From positions 1 through 31,475 of the forward strand of contig CAINGG010000200.1 of the NCBI GenBank assembly GCA_903848435.1: 31,475 nucleotides of DNA, in the 5' to 3' direction. How positions within the stretch are numbered: position 1 is the stretch's first letter; each line of letters starts with the position of its first letter. The position numbers and the translations under genes were made by a program. Below are positions 1-10,337 of the stretch, piece after piece. Below the pieces are notes generated by a model. It was not told the DNA's origin and did not search any database. It saw only the letters and a program-made list of their open reading frames with translations. The DNA comes from an uncultured Actinomycetes bacterium. Lineage in GTDB: Bacteria; Actinomycetota; Actinomycetes; S36-B12.

Positions 1-231
1 CTGCTCCATCTCACGCATCAGCCCGCTGCTCTCCAGGCGCCCGACCGCGGAGCAGGCCCGCGGGCAGGTGAGGTAGAAGACGGTGGGGAACGGGGTGCCG
101 TCGTCGAGCAGCGGTGCCGTGACGACCACATCGGGCTGCCCGCACGGACAGCGATGCGCCACCTCGATCATCCCGCGCGGCTCCCGGCCGATCTGGCGCT
201 CGACAGCGGCGATATCGGCCGGATCGATCAT
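1..231 (-). CDS. DUF501 family protein (Rv1025-like), 3' end runs off the window
   Basis: Manual translation from ATG at 231: MIDPADIAAVERQIGREPRGMIEVAHRCPCGQPDVVVTAPLLDDGTPFPTVFYLTCPRACSAVGRLES. The CPCG and GTPFPT.FYLTCP motifs are typical; the start overlaps the upstream TGA (ATGA); usual position after divIC/eno. Confidence 0.9.
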   Translation of the reverse strand, partial: MIDPADIAAVERQIGREPRGMIEVAHRCPCGQPDVVVTAPLLDDGTPFPTVFYLTCPRACSAVGRLESSGLMREMEQ

Positions 232-614
232 GGGGACGGCGCGCCCACGAGATCCGCCTGACGCGTGGATTCCCACAACTGCTCGTACCACGGCACTGGG
301 CGCTGCGCTGCGGTCGTGTCAGGGGTCACGGGTCGGTCGTCGCTGCCCAGGACGACGTAGCCGACCTCGCCGGGGAAGACGAAGTGGAGTCGGCTGCGCG
401 CCTGCGCGATGACGAACGCCGGATCGTTCCAGTCCTCGAGCTCTTGCTGGAGATCGGCCACGCGTATCTGTGCCGCTGCCACGTCAGCCTCGAGGGCAGC
501 GATCTCAGCGCGCTGCGTGAGCCAGGCCCGCACGGGGATCGCCAAGGTCACGGCGAGGGCGGCCAGGACCACGATGAGGGCAACCACCCGGCCAGTGTGG
601 ACATGGCGGGACAT
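228..614 (-). CDS. ftsB: Septum formation initiator, FtsB/DivIC family
   Basis: N-terminal TM helix, coiled coil and ARSRLHFVFPGE motif; directly downstream of eno as is usual. Confidence 0.88.
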   Translation of the reverse strand: MSRHVHTGRVVALIVVLAALAVTLAIPVRAWLTQRAEIAALEADVAAAQIRVADLQQELEDWNDPAFVIAQARSRLHFVFPGEVGYVVLGSDDRPVTPDTTAAQRPVPWYEQLWESTRQADLVGAPSP

Positions 615-632
615 CCCGCCATGGTCCCACGC

Positions 633-1922
<1,290 letters not shown>

Positions 1923-1936
1923 CTATCCAGGCGCGA

Positions 1937-3607
1937 TCACAGGCCCAGGAGTGCCCGCAGGTGGCGCGGCCCCGGTGAGCCGTGCGCGAGGACCAGGTCG
2001 TGGATCTGGCGATCGCTCCAGTCCGGGTGCAGCACCCGAAGGTCATCGACGATCCCACGCACCCCAAGCCAGCCGACGAAGTAGGTGGGAAGCTGCGCGG
2101 CGGTCAGCAGCGCGCGCCTCCACTTGCCGACGGCCTCGCTCTCCTCCTGGAATCCGCGTCGCACGAGCAGTTCGATCGCGCCTGGCTCGTCGATGTCGCC
2201 GCCGTGCACCCGCGCATCAAGGATCGCGTTGAGCGTCATGCGAGCCTGCATCTTCAGCTGCTGCAGGCGCAATCGCAATCCGGCATCCGCTCGATCGTCG
2301 GGGGTATAGCCGCGCTCCCACATGAGGTGCTCGGCATAGACGGCCCAGCCCTCCACGAAGGCCCCGCTCATGCCGAAGCTGCGCACCATCGAGGCCTCTC
2401 GGACAGCGCGTGCGTGCGCGAGCTGCAGGACGTGACCGGGCATCGCCTCGTGGGCGGCGAGGTCGTGCAGGAGCATGCCGTTGTACTCGCGATAGAACGA
2501 CGCGACGCGATCCGCACCCCAGTCGGCGGGAGCGGGCGCGACCGCGACATAGGTCGCGACATTGGCTCGCTCGAGCGGACCCGGGGCATCGCAGTAGGCC
2601 ACGGCAACGCCGCGATGGATCTCGGGCATTTCGATGATGGCCGTCTCGCCGCCGGGAATCGTGACGAGGTCGTGCTCGCGCACGAAGTCGGTGAGCCGAT
2701 CGAGGGCAGTTCGCACATCGTCCAGCACGGTGGCATCGTTGACCGGCGATTCCTCGGCCACGCGGGCCAGCGCGCGGCGCACGATGTCGGGACTGCGGAC
2801 CGACTCGCGCAGGAACTCCCCCGCCGTCTCGCGCAAGAGCGCATTGACGTCATCCAGGTGAGCCTCGGCACTCTCCAGGATCTGCACGGGCGTGAGCTCC
2901 TCATCGAGGTGGTGCCAGACGGCGGCGCTGTAGAGCCGCACCCCCAGGCGCGGATCCCACTGGGCCGTCGGCACCTGCTCCGATAGCCAGCGAGCGTGCA
3001 TCTCGACGGCCTCAGCAGCATCCTGGGCAGCCTGTGAGAAGTCGCGATGGGGCGCCATCTGCTCCACGCGCGCGGCCTCGTCGATGACCGCGGCAAACCC
3101 GGAAGCCCGGGTGATGGCCGTCTCGGCATGGATCGCCGAGATCTCGACCAGTGAGCGCCTCGACTGCTCGAGATAGTCAGGCACGGCACGCAGGCGCGAC
3201 ACGATTCCGGCAACGCGCTCAGCAGCGGGCGCGAAGTCGCGAACGGCCAGCAGCCTGATCGCGGTGCCCGGATCCCAGGCCATCGGATCCCAGCGGTGGC
3301 GGCGTACGTCGGTCAGGTCGAAATGGCGCGCGGCGACCTTGGCGCGCAGGATCTCCAGGTCCACCTGATCGGTGCGGGGAAGGGCGACGTCGTCGATGGC
3401 GTCCAGTCGCGTCATGTGGTCGTCGAGCCGAGTGGCCAGGTCATCGAGTGCCGACGGCGACCAGTCCGGCAGCTGATCGTCGAAGCGATGGTCGCCCAGG
3501 GCGGTGGCCTGGACGGGATCGGCCGCGAGGAGGTCGTCGATGACCGCGCCGGCGAGCCGGGCGAAGGCGCGCCGCTCGTCGTCAACGGCGCTGCGCTCGG
3601 AGCTCAT
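1937..3607 (-). CDS. DUF885 family protein (556 aa), putative metallopeptidase-like, no signal peptide
   Basis: HEAMPGHVLQ and FVEGWAVYAE motifs, AYCDAPGPL, C-terminal QLPTYFVG; start overlaps the mazG stop. Confidence 0.88.
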   Translation of the reverse strand: MSSERSAVDDERRAFARLAGAVIDDLLAADPVQATALGDHRFDDQLPDWSPSALDDLATRLDDHMTRLDAIDDVALPRTDQVDLEILRAKVAARHFDLTDVRRHRWDPMAWDPGTAIRLLAVRDFAPAAERVAGIVSRLRAVPDYLEQSRRSLVEISAIHAETAITRASGFAAVIDEAARVEQMAPHRDFSQAAQDAAEAVEMHARWLSEQVPTAQWDPRLGVRLYSAAVWHHLDEELTPVQILESAEAHLDDVNALLRETAGEFLRESVRSPDIVRRALARVAEESPVNDATVLDDVRTALDRLTDFVREHDLVTIPGGETAIIEMPEIHRGVAVAYCDAPGPLERANVATYVAVAPAPADWGADRVASFYREYNGMLLHDLAAHEAMPGHVLQLAHARAVREASMVRSFGMSGAFVEGWAVYAEHLMWERGYTPDDRADAGLRLRLQQLKMQARMTLNAILDARVHGGDIDEPGAIELLVRRGFQEESEAVGKWRRALLTAAQLPTYFVGWLGVRGIVDDLRVLHPDWSDRQIHDLVLAHGSPGPRHLRALLGL

Positions 3608-4263
3608 CTCGACTCGGCCTGGCGGATCCGCTCGCGATGCGCTCGGGCCGCCGACCGCACGGCCGCCTCGGCATCCCAGCCGCGCGACCGGGCCGCAGCG
3701 GTGATGGCCAAGAGCAACTCGCCGAGTTCCTCCTGCGACTCCACGCTCGCGATGGCCGCGTCTCCGCTGGACGCCCCGGCCACCGGCACCCCGAGTCCCT
3801 CGCTGCGCGCCATCAGCTTGGCGGCGAGGACGAGAGCGGGCAGCGACGCCGGGATTCCGTCGGTCACCGACTCGCGACCCTTCTCGGCCGCCTTGAGCTC
3901 ATGCCATCGCGCCTCGACCTCCTCCGCCGTGTCGGCGGAGGCATCGGCGAAGACATGGGGGTGGCGTCGGATGAGCTTGCGCACGATGCCGTCGGCAACG
4001 TCATCGATATCCCAGGGATCGTCCGGGTCCTCCTGGGCGATGCGCGCATGGAAGACCACCTGGAGCAGGAGGTCGCCGAGCTCCTCGCGCAAGTCATCGC
4101 GATCGCCCGCCTCGATGGCCTCCACGGTCTCGTAGGCCTCCTCGACGAGGTACTCCACGAGGCTCTGGTGAGTCTGGCGCGCATCCCACGGGCACCCGCC
4201 CGGCGACCGCAGCCGGTCCATGACCTGGACGAGCTCGCGCAGGCTGTCGCGACTGCCCGGCAT
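3604..4263 (-). CDS. mazG: MazG family nucleoside triphosphate pyrophosphohydrolase (219 aa)
   Basis: LRSPGGCPWDARQTHQSL, EEAYE, EELGDLLLQVVFH, KLIRRHPHVF; second MazG-like repeat is degenerate (EELGELL). Confidence 0.96.
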   Translation of the reverse strand: MPGSRDSLRELVQVMDRLRSPGGCPWDARQTHQSLVEYLVEEAYETVEAIEAGDRDDLREELGDLLLQVVFHARIAQEDPDDPWDIDDVADGIVRKLIRRHPHVFADASADTAEEVEARWHELKAAEKGRESVTDGIPASLPALVLAAKLMARSEGLGVPVAGASSGDAAIASVESQEELGELLLAITAAARSRGWDAEAAVRSAARAHRERIRQAESR

Positions 4264-4266
4264 GGA

Positions 4267-4917
4267 TCAGCCGGACGGGATCACGTCGGCCAGGGGATCG
4301 CCCTGCGGTGCCTGGGGGGACGACAGGTCGGTCGGCAGCGGTCCCACCTGCAACTCGTCGGGCACCCATGTGCCGTAGCGGGGACTCACGCGGGTGTCGA
4401 GTTGCTTCGACAGGTCGACCGCGTAGGTGAAGACGGCCTGCTGGCGGCCCTGGTCGTCGGCATCCGGTGCCAGGAGCGCACCGAGGCCGTCAACCTGAAG
4501 CGACAGGCGGAACTGGTCGGAGATGGCGGACGCCGGCACGTTGCTATCGAGGAAGACCTGCAGCAACTGGTCGGCGCCGCCCAGCTGCGCCTCGGCCTCG
4601 CTGATCGCCTGGTCGATCTGACCCTGGGTCACGACGACACCGTTGCGCACCGCTCCCTCGTCGACGAGCGCGGTGATGACCAGGCGCTGCAACACGTCGG
4701 CTACCAGGGCCGCATCAGGTGCGCCCGCTCCCGTGCCGCGCGCCTCCAGCACCTCATCGACCTGCGTGGTGAGCGTGTCGTTGGGTACGTCGCGCGAGCC
4801 GAGGGTCGCGGCGGCTCCGGCATTGGGCGCGGAAGCGCAGCCCGATGCCACGGCCACGAGCGCGACGGCGGCCAGCACGGCCCCGGCCATCCGGTTCACA
4901 CGTCCACGCGCCTTCAC
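4267..4917 (-). CDS. SurA N-terminal-domain lipoprotein (no PPIase domain)
   Basis: Signal peptide with lipobox VASG-C, AAATLG motif, C-terminal VSPRYGTW; usual mfd-surA-mazG order. Confidence 0.75.
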   Translation of the reverse strand: MKARGRVNRMAGAVLAAVALVAVASGCASAPNAGAAATLGSRDVPNDTLTTQVDEVLEARGTGAGAPDAALVADVLQRLVITALVDEGAVRNGVVVTQGQIDQAISEAEAQLGGADQLLQVFLDSNVPASAISDQFRLSLQVDGLGALLAPDADDQGRQQAVFTYAVDLSKQLDTRVSPRYGTWVPDELQVGPLPTDLSSPQAPQGDPLADVIPSG

Positions 4918-7900
4918 TCCGCACTCCCGCCCTCGGACGAGGGGTCGATGACCCCGATGACCTGCGCCGCCCAGCCCAGCAGGTCCTCGCGGGGCCGCGG
5001 CACGAGGATCGTACGGACGGCCGGCTTGACGACGGTCCCCGGGTACAGGCGCGTGAGCCGGAGCATGCGCGACTCGGGGAGCTCCACCGGATGGAATCTC
5101 ACCTGCGATCCCGCGAGGACGACCTCGTCGAGACCGGCCGCACGCGCGCGACTGCGGAAGCGAGCCACCTCGAGCAGCGTGGCCACGGGGTCGGGCAACG
5201 GGCCGTAGCGATCGAGCAGCTCCTCGGCGACGGCATCGATGTCGGCCGGGGCGACGGCGTCGGCCAGTCGTCGGTACGCCTCGAGGCGCAGGCGCTCCTC
5301 CGCGATGTAGTCATGCGGAATGTGCGCGTCGATCGGGAGTTCCACGCGCACGTCGCGCTCGACCTCGGTCGCATCACCTCTCGCCTGCGCCAGCGCCTCG
5401 CCCACGAGGCGCACGTAGAGATCGAAACCCACCTCCGCGATGTGGCCGCTCTGCTCGCCGCCCAGCAGATTGCCCGCCCCGCGAATCTCGAGGTCCTTCA
5501 TCGCGATCTGCATCCCGGCCCCCAGGTCGGTGTGCTGGGCGACGGTCGACAGTCGCTCGTATGCCGTCTCCGACAGCGCCTTCTCCGGCGGATAGAGGAA
5601 GTAGGCATAGCCGCGCTCGCGGCCGCGGCCGACACGGCCGCGCAGCTGGTGGAGCTGCGACAGGCCCAGCGCGTCGGCGCGATCCAGGATGAGCGTGTTG
5701 GCGTTCGCGATGTCGATGCCGTTCTCGACGATGGTGGTACACACCAGCACGTCGATGCGGCGTTCCCAGAAGTCGATCACGACGCGCTCGAGCTCATGCT
5801 CATTCATCTGGCCGTGGGCCACCGCAATGCGGGCCTCTGGCACGAGGTCGCGCAACTTCGACGCGGCGCGATCGATTGACTCGACTCGGTTGTGCACGTA
5901 AAAGACCTGGCCGTCGCGCAGGAGCTCGCGCCGGATGGCCGCCGCCACCTGTCGATCGTCATAGGGCCCGACGTAGGTCAGGATCGGATGTCGCTCCTCC
6001 GGCGGGGTCTGGATCGTGGACATGTCGCGAATGCCCGTGAGCGACATCTCGAGGGTTCGCGGGATGGGCGTCGCCGACATGGTGAGCACGTCGACTGACG
6101 TGCGCAACGCCTTGAGGTGCTCCTTGTGCTCGACGCCGAAGCGCTGCTCCTCGTCGACGATGACCAAGCCCAGGTCGCGAAAGCGCACGTTGGGCGTCAG
6201 CAGCCGGTGCGTGCCGATCACCACGTCGACGGTGCCATCCTCCAGGCCCTTGAGCGTCTCGCGGACCTCGGCGTCGGTCTGGAATCGAGACAGGCCGGCC
6301 ACCTTGATCGGGAACGGGGCATACCTGCCGCCGAACGTGGCAAGGTGCTGCTGGACCAGGAGCGTCGTGGGCACGAGCACAGCCACCTGCTTGCCGTCTT
6401 GCACGGCCTTGAAGGCGGCGCGCACCGCGATCTCGGTCTTGCCGTAGCCGACATCGCCGCAGATGACGCGGTCCATGGGCACCGAGCGCTCCATGTCGGC
6501 CTTCACCTCGTCGATGCAGGCCAGCTGATCACCCGTCTCGACGTAGGGGAAGGCATCCTCCAGCTCGCCCTGCCACGGTGTGTCGGGTCCGAAGGAATGG
6601 CCGGACGTTGCCATGCGGGCGGCGTAGAGGCGTATGAGCTCGCCGGCGATCTCGCGGACGGCGCGGCGCGCTCGGCTCTTGGACTTCTGCCAATCCGCTC
6701 CCCCCAGTCGGTGCAGGCTGGGCGCCTCGCCGCCGACGTAGCGACTGACCTGGTCGAGTTGATCTGTCGGCACGTAGAGGCGATCGGCCGGCTGACCGCG
6801 CTTGGACGCGGCGTACTCGATGACGAGGTACTCGCGAGTGGCGCCGCCGACGACACGCTGGGTCATCTCGACGTAGCGACCCACGCCGTGCTGCTCGTGA
6901 ACGACGAAGTCGCCGGCGGTCAGCTGCAGTGGATCGATGGTGCGCCGGCGGCGTGAGGGCATGCGCGCCAGGTCGCGCGTCGCAGCCCGCTGGCCCAGCA
7001 GATCGGTCTCGGCCAGGAGAACGATGGCACCGCCGGCCGAGACCAGGCCCTCGGCCAGGCGCCCGGTGCCGACGATGACCGCGGCCGGCTGCTCCGGGAT
7101 GTCATCGGTGGCGATCGCGGCAATGCCCTCATCGGACAGCGACTGGGCGAGGCGCTCTGCGGATCCGTGGCCCTCGGCCACGATGACAACCGCGAGGCCG
7201 GCCGCGCGCCAGGCCCGGATGTCATCGAGTGCCTGGCGCAGGTCTCCGCGGTAGTCGTCGACCGCGCGCGCATCCACGACGATGTCGTGGGGATCCTCGC
7301 GGGCGAAGGAGTCGGTGCTCCACCAGCGCAGTCCCCGCGCATGCGCGGCGGCTGCCACGTCGTCGAGCGAGCGGTACGCCGCCGCCGACAGGTCGAGCGC
7401 CTCGAGGTCCAGTGGCGTGGTGTCGGTGCGCGATGGGCCCGCGGCGACGTTGTGCCAGGACGCCTCGAGGAACTCCTGAGACGTGCGCTGGAGGTCCTCG
7501 GCCCGCGAGCGCACGCGCTCGGGATCGCACACCAGCACGAGGGAGTCGTCGGGAAGAGCATCGGTGAGGAGTTCCATGCTGTCGACCAGGACGGGCGCGA
7601 GGGCCTCCATCCCCTCGACGGCCACTCCATCGGCGATGCGCGTGAGCACGTCGGACAGGGAGGGATGGGAGGCAGCAAGTGCGCGCGCCCGCTCGCGCAC
7701 CTGGTCGGTGAGCGGTATCTCGCGCACGGGCACGACGTCGATGCCCTCGGGCACATGCGCCAGGGAGCGCTGATCGGCCACCGCGAAGGAGCGGATCTCC
7801 TCCACCGTGTCGCCCCACAGCTCGATGCGCACCGGGTGCTCTGCCACGGGCGGGAAGACGTCGATGATCCCCCCGCGCACGGCGAACTGCCCGCGCTTCT

Positions 7901-8423
7901 CCACGAGGTCAATGCGCTCATAGCCACGGGCTGCCAGGTCACGGACGAAGGTGTCCAGCTCAAGCGAGTCACCCTCCCGCACCTGGAGCGGCGCGAGCCG
8001 GCCCAGGGAACCGACAAGGGGTTGCAGGAGTGCGCGCACCGGCACGACGACCACGCGCAGCACACCGGCGTCCGAGCCACCGGCCTGGAGTCGGCGCAAG
8101 ACGGCAAGGCGTCGCCCGACGGTGTCGGCCGACGGACTCAAGCGCTCGTGCGGGAGGGTCTCCCACGCGGGGAACTCGATGGCGGCTCCGGGGCCAAGCA
8201 CGTCTTCTAGCGCCAGGGCCAGGTCCTCGGCCTCGCGGGCCCCGGACGTCACGACCAGCACGACTCCGGTCACCGAATCAGCAGCGGCCGCCGCGATCAC
8301 CGCGCGCGCGGAGGGGAGGGCGGTGACGTGCACGTCGGCGCCCCGACTCGCTCCGGCCGCCGCGCTGACAGCCTCCACCCCCGGGATGCGGGAGAGGAGG
8401 GGGCGAAGTCCGTGCAGCGTCAT
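4914..8423 (-). CDS. mfd: Transcription-repair coupling factor Mfd (1169 aa; start corrected to ATG 8423)
   Basis: PAWETLPHERLSP, RGGIIDVF, CarD-like RID, GDVGYGKT, DEEQRFG, SATPIPRTL, QLRGRVGR, TRCF domain; ATG overlaps the upstream TGA. Confidence 0.99.
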   Translation of the reverse strand: MTLHGLRPLLSRIPGVEAVSAAAGASRGADVHVTALPSARAVIAAAAADSVTGVVLVVTSGAREAEDLALALEDVLGPGAAIEFPAWETLPHERLSPSADTVGRRLAVLRRLQAGGSDAGVLRVVVVPVRALLQPLVGSLGRLAPLQVREGDSLELDTFVRDLAARGYERIDLVEKRGQFAVRGGIIDVFPPVAEHPVRIELWGDTVEEIRSFAVADQRSLAHVPEGIDVVPVREIPLTDQVRERARALAASHPSLSDVLTRIADGVAVEGMEALAPVLVDSMELLTDALPDDSLVLVCDPERVRSRAEDLQRTSQEFLEASWHNVAAGPSRTDTTPLDLEALDLSAAAYRSLDDVAAAAHARGLRWWSTDSFAREDPHDIVVDARAVDDYRGDLRQALDDIRAWRAAGLAVVIVAEGHGSAERLAQSLSDEGIAAIATDDIPEQPAAVIVGTGRLAEGLVSAGGAIVLLAETDLLGQRAATRDLARMPSRRRRTIDPLQLTAGDFVVHEQHGVGRYVEMTQRVVGGATREYLVIEYAASKRGQPADRLYVPTDQLDQVSRYVGGEAPSLHRLGGADWQKSKSRARRAVREIAGELIRLYAARMATSGHSFGPDTPWQGELEDAFPYVETGDQLACIDEVKADMERSVPMDRVICGDVGYGKTEIAVRAAFKAVQDGKQVAVLVPTTLLVQQHLATFGGRYAPFPIKVAGLSRFQTDAEVRETLKGLEDGTVDVVIGTHRLLTPNVRFRDLGLVIVDEEQRFGVEHKEHLKALRTSVDVLTMSATPIPRTLEMSLTGIRDMSTIQTPPEERHPILTYVGPYDDRQVAAAIRRELLRDGQVFYVHNRVESIDRAASKLRDLVPEARIAVAHGQMNEHELERVVIDFWERRIDVLVCTTIVENGIDIANANTLILDRADALGLSQLHQLRGRVGRGRERGYAYFLYPPEKALSETAYERLSTVAQHTDLGAGMQIAMKDLEIRGAGNLLGGEQSGHIAEVGFDLYVRLVGEALAQARGDATEVERDVRVELPIDAHIPHDYIAEERLRLEAYRRLADAVAPADIDAVAEELLDRYGPLPDPVATLLEVARFRSRARAAGLDEVVLAGSQVRFHPVELPESRMLRLTRLYPGTVVKPAVRTILVPRPREDLLGWAAQVIGVIDPSSEGGSAE

Positions 8424-9244
8424 GCACTCCCCGCGGCAGCGCGCATCGCGTCGCGCAGGTCCTCCGCCAGCGCCGGAATGCCTATCAGCAGGTCGGTGAC
8501 ATAGGGCCGCGGCTGGTTGAAGGCGATGGGAGAGGTGTCGACATGCGAGGCGACCAGGCCCTGCGCGTGCGCGACCGAGAGCGGGGCGGCGACGTCCCAC
8601 TCGTAGAAGCCGGTGTCGTGCACGTAGGCCTCCGCACGCCCGGACAGGATCTCGTTGACCTTCGCGCCGACGGATCCCACATCCATGACCTCAACACCGT
8701 AAGAGTGGCCACGCTCGGCGAGCGTGGCGGTCAGCAGGGCCACGGCCGCATCGAGCGTGGCCGGTGGACGAGTGCGCGATGCCACGATGCGCACGGGGCG
8801 GTCCGCGGGCAGTCCGCGCGTCGGCAGCACGGCATCGGCGACCTGGCGGGACAGGCCCTGGGCCGGCAGGTCGACCGTGCCCGCGCTGAGGATGCCGCCT
8901 CCGGGCGCACCGGCATCACGGCTCCACAGGACGACGTGCACGGCGAAGTCGGCGCGCCCCTGTCCGTACTCCCAGGTGCCGTCGAGCGGGTCGACGATCC
9001 AGACCCGGTCGGAGGTCAGGCGCACGGGGTCGTCCGCCCCCTCCTCGCTCAGCACGACATCGCCCGGTCGTGCCTCGGCGAGCCGGGCGACGATCAACTC
9101 GTGCGAGGCGCGATCAGCCGCCTTGCGCAACTCGTTGGCGCGGTCCTTGTCGTCGACAGGGCCGAAGTCATCGCGCAGCTCCAGCAGGAGTTGCCCGGCC
9201 TCGGCCGCAACGCTGGCCGACACGTCCATGTCACTGCGCGTCAT
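8420..9244 (-). CDS. cysQ: Inositol-monophosphatase family, CysQ-like 3'(2'),5'-bisphosphate nucleotidase
   Basis: LSEEG, WIVDPLDGT, GSVGAK and EWDVAAP motifs of the IMPase/CysQ family. Confidence 0.8.
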   Translation of the reverse strand: MTRSDMDVSASVAAEAGQLLLELRDDFGPVDDKDRANELRKAADRASHELIVARLAEARPGDVVLSEEGADDPVRLTSDRVWIVDPLDGTWEYGQGRADFAVHVVLWSRDAGAPGGGILSAGTVDLPAQGLSRQVADAVLPTRGLPADRPVRIVASRTRPPATLDAAVALLTATLAERGHSYGVEVMDVGSVGAKVNEILSGRAEAYVHDTGFYEWDVAAPLSVAHAQGLVASHVDTSPIAFNQPRPYVTDLLIGIPALAEDLRDAMRAAAGSA

Positions 9245-9831
9245 TCGTCCCCTGCTTCCGGATCGGCGTTGAATCGGTTCTGGGCGGTGGCAACGCCGTC
9301 AGCGATGACGCACTCGATGGCATCGCTGCAGCGCTCGAGCACGTGCGGCAACTCCTCGCGCTGCGCCGCACTGAACGGGCGAAGTACGAAATCGGCCGGA
9401 TCCTGCCGACCAGGCGGGCGCCCGATGCCGATACGCAGGCGCACGGTGTCGCCGGTGCCCAGTGATCGGCGGACGCTGCGCAGCCCGTTGTGGCCGTTGT
9501 CGCCGCCCCCCTGCTTGATGCGCAGTGCGGCAAACGGAATGTCGAGCTCATCATGGGCCAGCAGCACCCGCTCGGGATCGACGCCGAAGTGATCGGCCAG
9601 CACCGCGACCGGACCGCCGGATTCGTTCATGTAGGAACGACCGCGGGCGAGGACGACCTTGCGCCCTGCCCACCGTCCCTCGAAGACCTCGCACCGGGTG
9701 TATTTGTGCGCCGCCAGCCGACCGCCCCATCGAGCGGCGAGGGCCTCCACGGCCATGACGCCGACGTTGTGACGGGTAGGGGCGTATTCAGGACCCGGAT
9801 TGCCGAGGCCCACCACGAGCCACGGTTCCAC
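9241..9831 (-). CDS. pth: Peptidyl-tRNA hydrolase
   Basis: LVVGLGNPG, TRHNVG, YMNESG, HDELD, GGDNGHNGLRS, RLRIGIGRP. Confidence 0.98.
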   Translation of the reverse strand: MEPWLVVGLGNPGPEYAPTRHNVGVMAVEALAARWGGRLAAHKYTRCEVFEGRWAGRKVVLARGRSYMNESGGPVAVLADHFGVDPERVLLAHDELDIPFAALRIKQGGGDNGHNGLRSVRRSLGTGDTVRLRIGIGRPPGRQDPADFVLRPFSAAQREELPHVLERCSDAIECVIADGVATAQNRFNADPEAGDE

Positions 9832-9837
9832 GGCGGA

Positions 9838-10317
9838 TCAGGCGTCGTCGCCGGACTCGTCGGCCGGCTGCTCGCCCGCGTCGCCGCCACCGTCGCCACC
9901 CTCGGCGCGCGCAGCCGCCTCGACCGGCTCGTCCTTCGGTCCGCTGAACGCCGGTGCGGCAGCAGCGGCCTCCGCGGCTGCGGCAGCCTCCGCGATCAGG
10001 ACTTCGGCCTCGGCCGCGCGATCGCGGGCCTCGGCCGCCGACACGATGACGAGGTCGATGTGCTCCAGGGTGCGCTTGACCGGGTCGCGCTGCACGTCGC
10101 GCGGCTTGGCGAGGGTCGTCGAGGAGCCCTGCACGATCTCCAGGGTCACCTTGGGCTTGCGCAGGGCCTGCTCGAGATCGTGACCCGGCAGGGACACGTG
10201 CACGATGGTCGCGCCCTGGCCGTAGAGCACCGCGGGCACGCGGCCATCGCGGCGAAGTCGGCGCGCAGCGCCCTTGCCGAAGTCGGAGCGCGGCTCCGCG
10301 TCAAGGCGCACGTTCAC
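9838..10317 (-). CDS. rplY: 50S ribosomal protein L25, short form (159 aa; start corrected to GTG 10317)
   Basis: RSDFGKGAARRLRRDGRVPAVLYG...VQRDPVKRTLEHIDL; RBS GAGGAGG just upstream; located between prs and pth. Confidence 0.96.
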   Translation of the reverse strand: MNVRLDAEPRSDFGKGAARRLRRDGRVPAVLYGQGATIVHVSLPGHDLEQALRKPKVTLEIVQGSSTTLAKPRDVQRDPVKRTLEHIDLVIVSAAEARDRAAEAEVLIAEAAAAAEAAAAAPAFSGPKDEPVEAAARAEGGDGGGDAGEQPADESGDDA

Positions 10318-10337
10318 GGGTCCTCCTCGAGTGGTGT

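Noticed and set aside
4914-8600. N-terminal extensions in the ORF track (mfd, rplY, glmU, rsmA, tatD, rsmI, pmt, sepX, glp, crcB, mscL)
   Set aside because: They overlap neighbouring genes or promoters; downstream starts fit stop/start overlaps, SD sequences or -10 spacing.
9838-10050. Frameshift hiding the L25 C-terminal domain
   Set aside because: The tail is open with host-like codons up to a stop 6 nt before pth, and there is not enough sequence for an extra domain in another frame.
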